Assembly: GCA_965178125.1 (NCBI GenBank)
Contig: OZ237756.1
Span: 806,001-870,000, forward strand
Origin: Bilabrum cf. latius
Taxonomy: Eukaryota
DNA length: 64,000 nucleotides
Direction of reading: 5' to 3'
Numbering within the stretch: position 1 is the first letter of the stretch; each line of letters starts with the position of its first letter. The notes beneath the pieces were generated by a model that saw only the letters and a list, made by a program, of their open reading frames with translations, searched no databases and was not told where the DNA came from. This document shows, in pieces, positions 60,887-64,000 of the stretch. The translations under genes were made by a program, and so were the position numbers.

Positions 60887-63800
60887 TCATGCCAAGTACT
60901 CGAGCTGCCCGGACTCGCTCCGATCGAGGTACTCCTCGTCCACAAGGTGGCCGATCCGGGCCTGCACTTGTCGAACATCGGGCTGAAACAAACGGATCTG
61001 ACGCACCACTTCCTCGATCAGCTCCTTTGCTTTGAGCGACTTGCGCGCCTTCATGACACGCACGATGGCGGCGTCAATTGCATGGGCTCGATCCACGCTA
61101 GAGCTGTCAGAGCCCGCTCCTGCCGTCTTCCTACGCGGCAATTGAAGCGACTTGATGGGCACTAGTATGCGGTTCCGCTTGCTGGTGAACCCCCCGTGCA
61201 CACCCACTGCATCGTTCAGGTGAAGCCCACCATGGACTTTTCTCTCCTTCTTCAGCTGCTGGCCCGCCTCGCCAGTGTCTGTCACTAGCTTCATCTTGAG
61301 CAGGAAGGGGACTCTCTTCTTGCCCCTGGTGGTGATCAAGAGTGGATCCAGGACCCGCTTGAGCACAGGCACGCTGTCTGCATCTCCCGGCGGGAGATGG
61401 AGCTCGCGCAGTAGAGTACCGATGGTTGCTGGCTCGCCTTTCGACTCAAGCTCTTCCACTTTCAGAACTACCACTGCCTGCACAGGCGACATGACCACGG
61501 TGTACTGCTTTGCACCGATCCGGGGAACAAAGGCCAGCTCAGCACTGCCGTGTTCAACCGAATACACGAGCTTCCGCGAGTCAGACCCTGGCAGTGCATC
61601 GCTCCGACGAGGGCCAAGTGGACCAGCGCCAATACTGCCAGCTGAAGCGCCACCATAGGCGGCAGTAGAAACACCTGCTGCAATGCCAGCTGCACTACTG
61701 GCTGTCCAAGCCGCATCATCGTTCACACCTGTAGCGGTTGCGGCCGGATCCGTGCTGCTAGCACCGGCTGCTCCTACTGCAGCTGTGGTCGGATCCGTGC
61801 CGCTAGCACCGGCTGCTCCTGCTGCGGCTGTGGTCGAATCCGTGCCGTTAGCACCAGCTGCTCCTGCTGCGGCTGCTGCCGGATCCGTGCCGCTAGCACC
61901 GGCTGCTACTGCTGCGGCTGCGGCCGGATCAGTATCGATAGCCCCGGCTGCTACTGCTGCAGCTGCGGCCGGATCCGTGCCGCTAGCACCTGCTGCTCCT
62001 GCTGCAGCTGTGGTCGGATCCGTGCCACTAGCACCGGCTGCTCCTGCTGCAGCTGTGGTCGGATCCGTGCCGCTAGCACCGGCTGCTCCTGCTGCAGCTG
62101 TGGTCGGATCCGTGCCGCTAGCACCGGCTGCTCCTGCTGCGGCTGCTGCCGGATCCGTGCCGCTAGCACCGGCTGCTACTGCTGCGGCTGCGGCCGGATC
62201 AGTATCGATAGCCCCGGCTGCTACTGCTGCAGCTGCGGCCGGATCCGTGCCGCTAGCACCTGCTGCTCCTGCTGCAGCTGTGGTCGGATCCGTGCCACTA
62301 GCACCGGCTGCTCCTGCTGCAGCTGTGGTCGAATTCGTATCGATAGCCCCGGCTGCTCCTGCTGCGGCTGCGGCCGGATCCGTGCCGCTAGCACCAGCTG
62401 CTCCTGCTGCAGCTGTGGTCGAATCCGTGCCGCTAGCACCGGCTGCCCCTGCTGCGGCTGCGGCCGGATCAGTATCGATAGCCCCGGCTGCTACTGCTGC
62501 GGCTGCGGCCGGATCAGTATCGATAGCCCCGGCTGCTCCTGCTGCGGCTGCGGCCGGATCCGTGCCGCTAGCACCGGCTGCTCCTGCTGCAGCTGTGGTC
62601 GAATCCGTGCCGCTAGCACCAGCTGCTACTGCTGCAGCTGTGGTCGGATCCGTATCGATAGCCCCGGCTGCTCCTACTGCAGCTGTGGTCGAATCCGTGC
62701 CGCTAGCACCGGCTGCTCCTGCTGCAGCTGTGGTCGAATTCGTATCGATAGCACCGGCTGCTCCTGCTGCAGCTGTGGTCGGATCCGTGCCGCTAGCACC
62801 GGCTGCTCCTGCTGCGGCTGCTGCCGGATCCGTGCCGCTAGCACCGGCTGCTACTGCTGCGGCTGCGGCCGGATCAGTATCGATAGCCCCGGCTGCTTCT
62901 GCTGCAGCTGCGGTCGGATCCGTGCCGCTAGCACCAGCTGCTCCTGCTGCAGCTGGGGCCGGATCTGTGCCGCTAGCCCCGGCTGCTCCTGCTGCGGCTG
63001 CTGCCGGATCCGTGCCGCTAGCACCGGCTGCTACTGCTGCGGCTGCGGCCGGATCAGTATCGATAGCCCCGGCTGCTACTGCTGCAGCTGTGGTCGGATC
63101 CGTATCGATAGCCCCGGCTGCTCCTGCTGCAGCTGTGGTCGGATCCGTGCCGCTAGCACCAGCTGCTCCTGCTGCGGCTGGGGCCGGATCAGTATCGATA
63201 GCCCCGGCTGCTACTGCTGCGGCTGCGGCCGGATCCGTGCCGCTAGCACCGGCTGCTCCTGCTGCAGCTGTGGTCGAATCCGTGCCGCTAGCACCGGCTG
63301 CTCCTGCTGCGGCTGCGGCCGGATCAGTATCGATAGCCCCGGCTGCTACTGCTGCGGCTGCGGCCGGATCCGTGCCACTAGCCCCGGCTGCTCTTTCGGC
63401 AGCTGTGGTCGAATCCGTATCGATAGCACCGGCTGCTACTGCTGCAGCTGTGGTCGGATCTGTGCCGCTAGCCCCGGCTGCTCCTGCTGCGCCTGCGGCC
63501 GGATCCGTGCCGCTAGCACCAGCTGCTCCTGCTGCAGCTGTGGTCGGATCCGTGCCGCTAGCACCAGCTGCTCCTGCTGCGGCTGCGGCCGGATCCGTGC
63601 CGCTAGCACCGGCTGCTACTGCTGCGCCTGCGGCCGGATCAGTATCGATAGCCCCGGCTGCTCCTGCTGCGGCTGCGGCCGGATCCGTGCCGCAAGCACC
63701 AGCTGCTCCTGCTGCGCCTACGGCCGGATCCGTGCCGATAGCCCCGGCTGCTCCTGCTGCGGCTGCGGCCGGATCCGTGCCGCTAGCACCGGCTGCTCCT

Positions 63801-64000
63801 GCTGCAGCTTTGGTCGGATCGGTGCCGCTGGCCCCAAGTGCGCCTGCAGCGTTACTATCATAATAGTTCTGTTGATGCTGTTGCACGGCTCGCAGCATAG
63901 AAGCAGGCAGGGGCACGTCCTGCACGGGTGATTTCGTCAGAGGCCACCGAGCATTGCACAACACTCGGCAGCTGAACTCAATGCCGCCATAAGGTCCAGC
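60887..64000 (-). CDS. Cullin-family protein C-terminal region with a large tandem-repeat insertion (5' part outside window)
   Basis: FSCRVLCNARWP, RKL....HG.AEL, VMSPVQAVVVL and neddylation domain IDAAIVRVMKARKSL...EYLDR...EYLA. Confidence 0.85.
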   Translation of the reverse strand, partial: AGPYGGIEFSCRVLCNARWPLTKSPVQDVPLPASMLRAVQQHQQNYYDSNAAGALGASGTDPTKAAAGAAGASGTDPAAAAAGAAGAIGTDPAVGAAGAAGACGTDPAAAAAGAAGAIDTDPAAGAAVAAGASGTDPAAAAAGAAGASGTDPTTAAAGAAGASGTDPAAGAAGAAGASGTDPTTAAAVAAGAIDTDSTTAAERAAGASGTDPAAAAAVAAGAIDTDPAAAAAGAAGASGTDSTTAAAGAAGASGTDPAAAAAVAAGAIDTDPAPAAAGAAGASGTDPTTAAAGAAGAIDTDPTTAAAVAAGAIDTDPAAAAAVAAGASGTDPAAAAAGAAGASGTDPAPAAAGAAGASGTDPTAAAAEAAGAIDTDPAAAAAVAAGASGTDPAAAAAGAAGASGTDPTTAAAGAAGAIDTNSTTAAAGAAGASGTDSTTAAVGAAGAIDTDPTTAAAVAAGASGTDSTTAAAGAAGASGTDPAAAAAGAAGAIDTDPAAAAAVAAGAIDTDPAAAAAGAAGASGTDSTTAAAGAAGASGTDPAAAAAGAAGAIDTNSTTAAAGAAGASGTDPTTAAAGAAGASGTDPAAAAAVAAGAIDTDPAAAAAVAAGASGTDPAAAAAGAAGASGTDPTTAAAGAAGASGTDPTTAAAGAAGASGTDPTTAAAGAAGASGTDPAAAAAVAAGAIDTDPAAAAAVAAGASGTDPAAAAAGAAGANGTDSTTAAAGAAGASGTDPTTAAVGAAGASSTDPAATATGVNDDAAWTASSAAGIAAGVSTAAYGGASAGSIGAGPLGPRRSDALPGSDSRKLVYSVEHGSAELAFVPRIGAKQYTVVMSPVQAVVVLKVEELESKGEPATIGTLLRELHLPPGDADSVPVLKRVLDPLLITTRGKKRVPFLLKMKLVTDTGEAGQQLKKERKVHGGLHLNDAVGVHGGFTSKRNRILVPIKSLQLPRRKTAGAGSDSSSVDRAHAIDAAIVRVMKARKSLKAKELIEEVVRQIRLFQPDVRQVQARIGHLVDEEYLDRSESGQLEYLA
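61735..63850 (-). repeat. Coding minisatellite, 45-bp unit x ~47 (AAGAAGASGTDPAAA/TT)
   Basis: Directly visible in the sequence and the translation. Confidence 0.95.

Noticed and set aside
61683-63863. 726-aa plus-strand ORF
   Set aside because: Antisense shadow of the cullin repeat.

Overview
Eukaryotic (protist) genomic DNA in two compositionally distinct parts. Both only read properly if TAG is a sense codon (almost certainly Gln) while TAA and TGA remain stops, which is why the supplied ORF track is fragmented. Bases 1-22243 are the right part of an AT-rich endogenous virophage (Maveriviricetes/Lavidaviridae-like). It has a collinear morphogenesis block (Pol-beta-like nucleotidyltransferase, A32/FtsK packaging ATPase with a +1 frame break, adenain-like cysteine protease, penton, major capsid protein), a short family-B DNA polymerase, a Prim-Pol/PriCT-2/SF2 (UL9-like) primase-helicase fusion and about 15 accessory genes. 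It also carries a fixed-spacing promoter motif, a 20-bp palindromic tandem array, four dispersed copies of a ~200-nt putatively structured non-coding element, and a GC-richer terminal three-gene module with a spliceosomal intron. The element is inserted into a host ARM-repeat gene; its left end and any integrase lie outside the window. Bases 22244-64000 are GC-rich host DNA: a segmental duplication of ARM-repeat genes, an FG-GAP surface protein, a decayed DIRS/Ngaro-type retrotransposon, a hAT element with an 8-bp TSD and an empty paralogous site, an LRR gene, two large low-complexity/coiled-coil genes, an OFA-type MFS transporter and a cullin with a ~700-aa tandem-repeat insertion. Gene models were reconstructed by eye; family assignments rest on motif recognition, not database searches.
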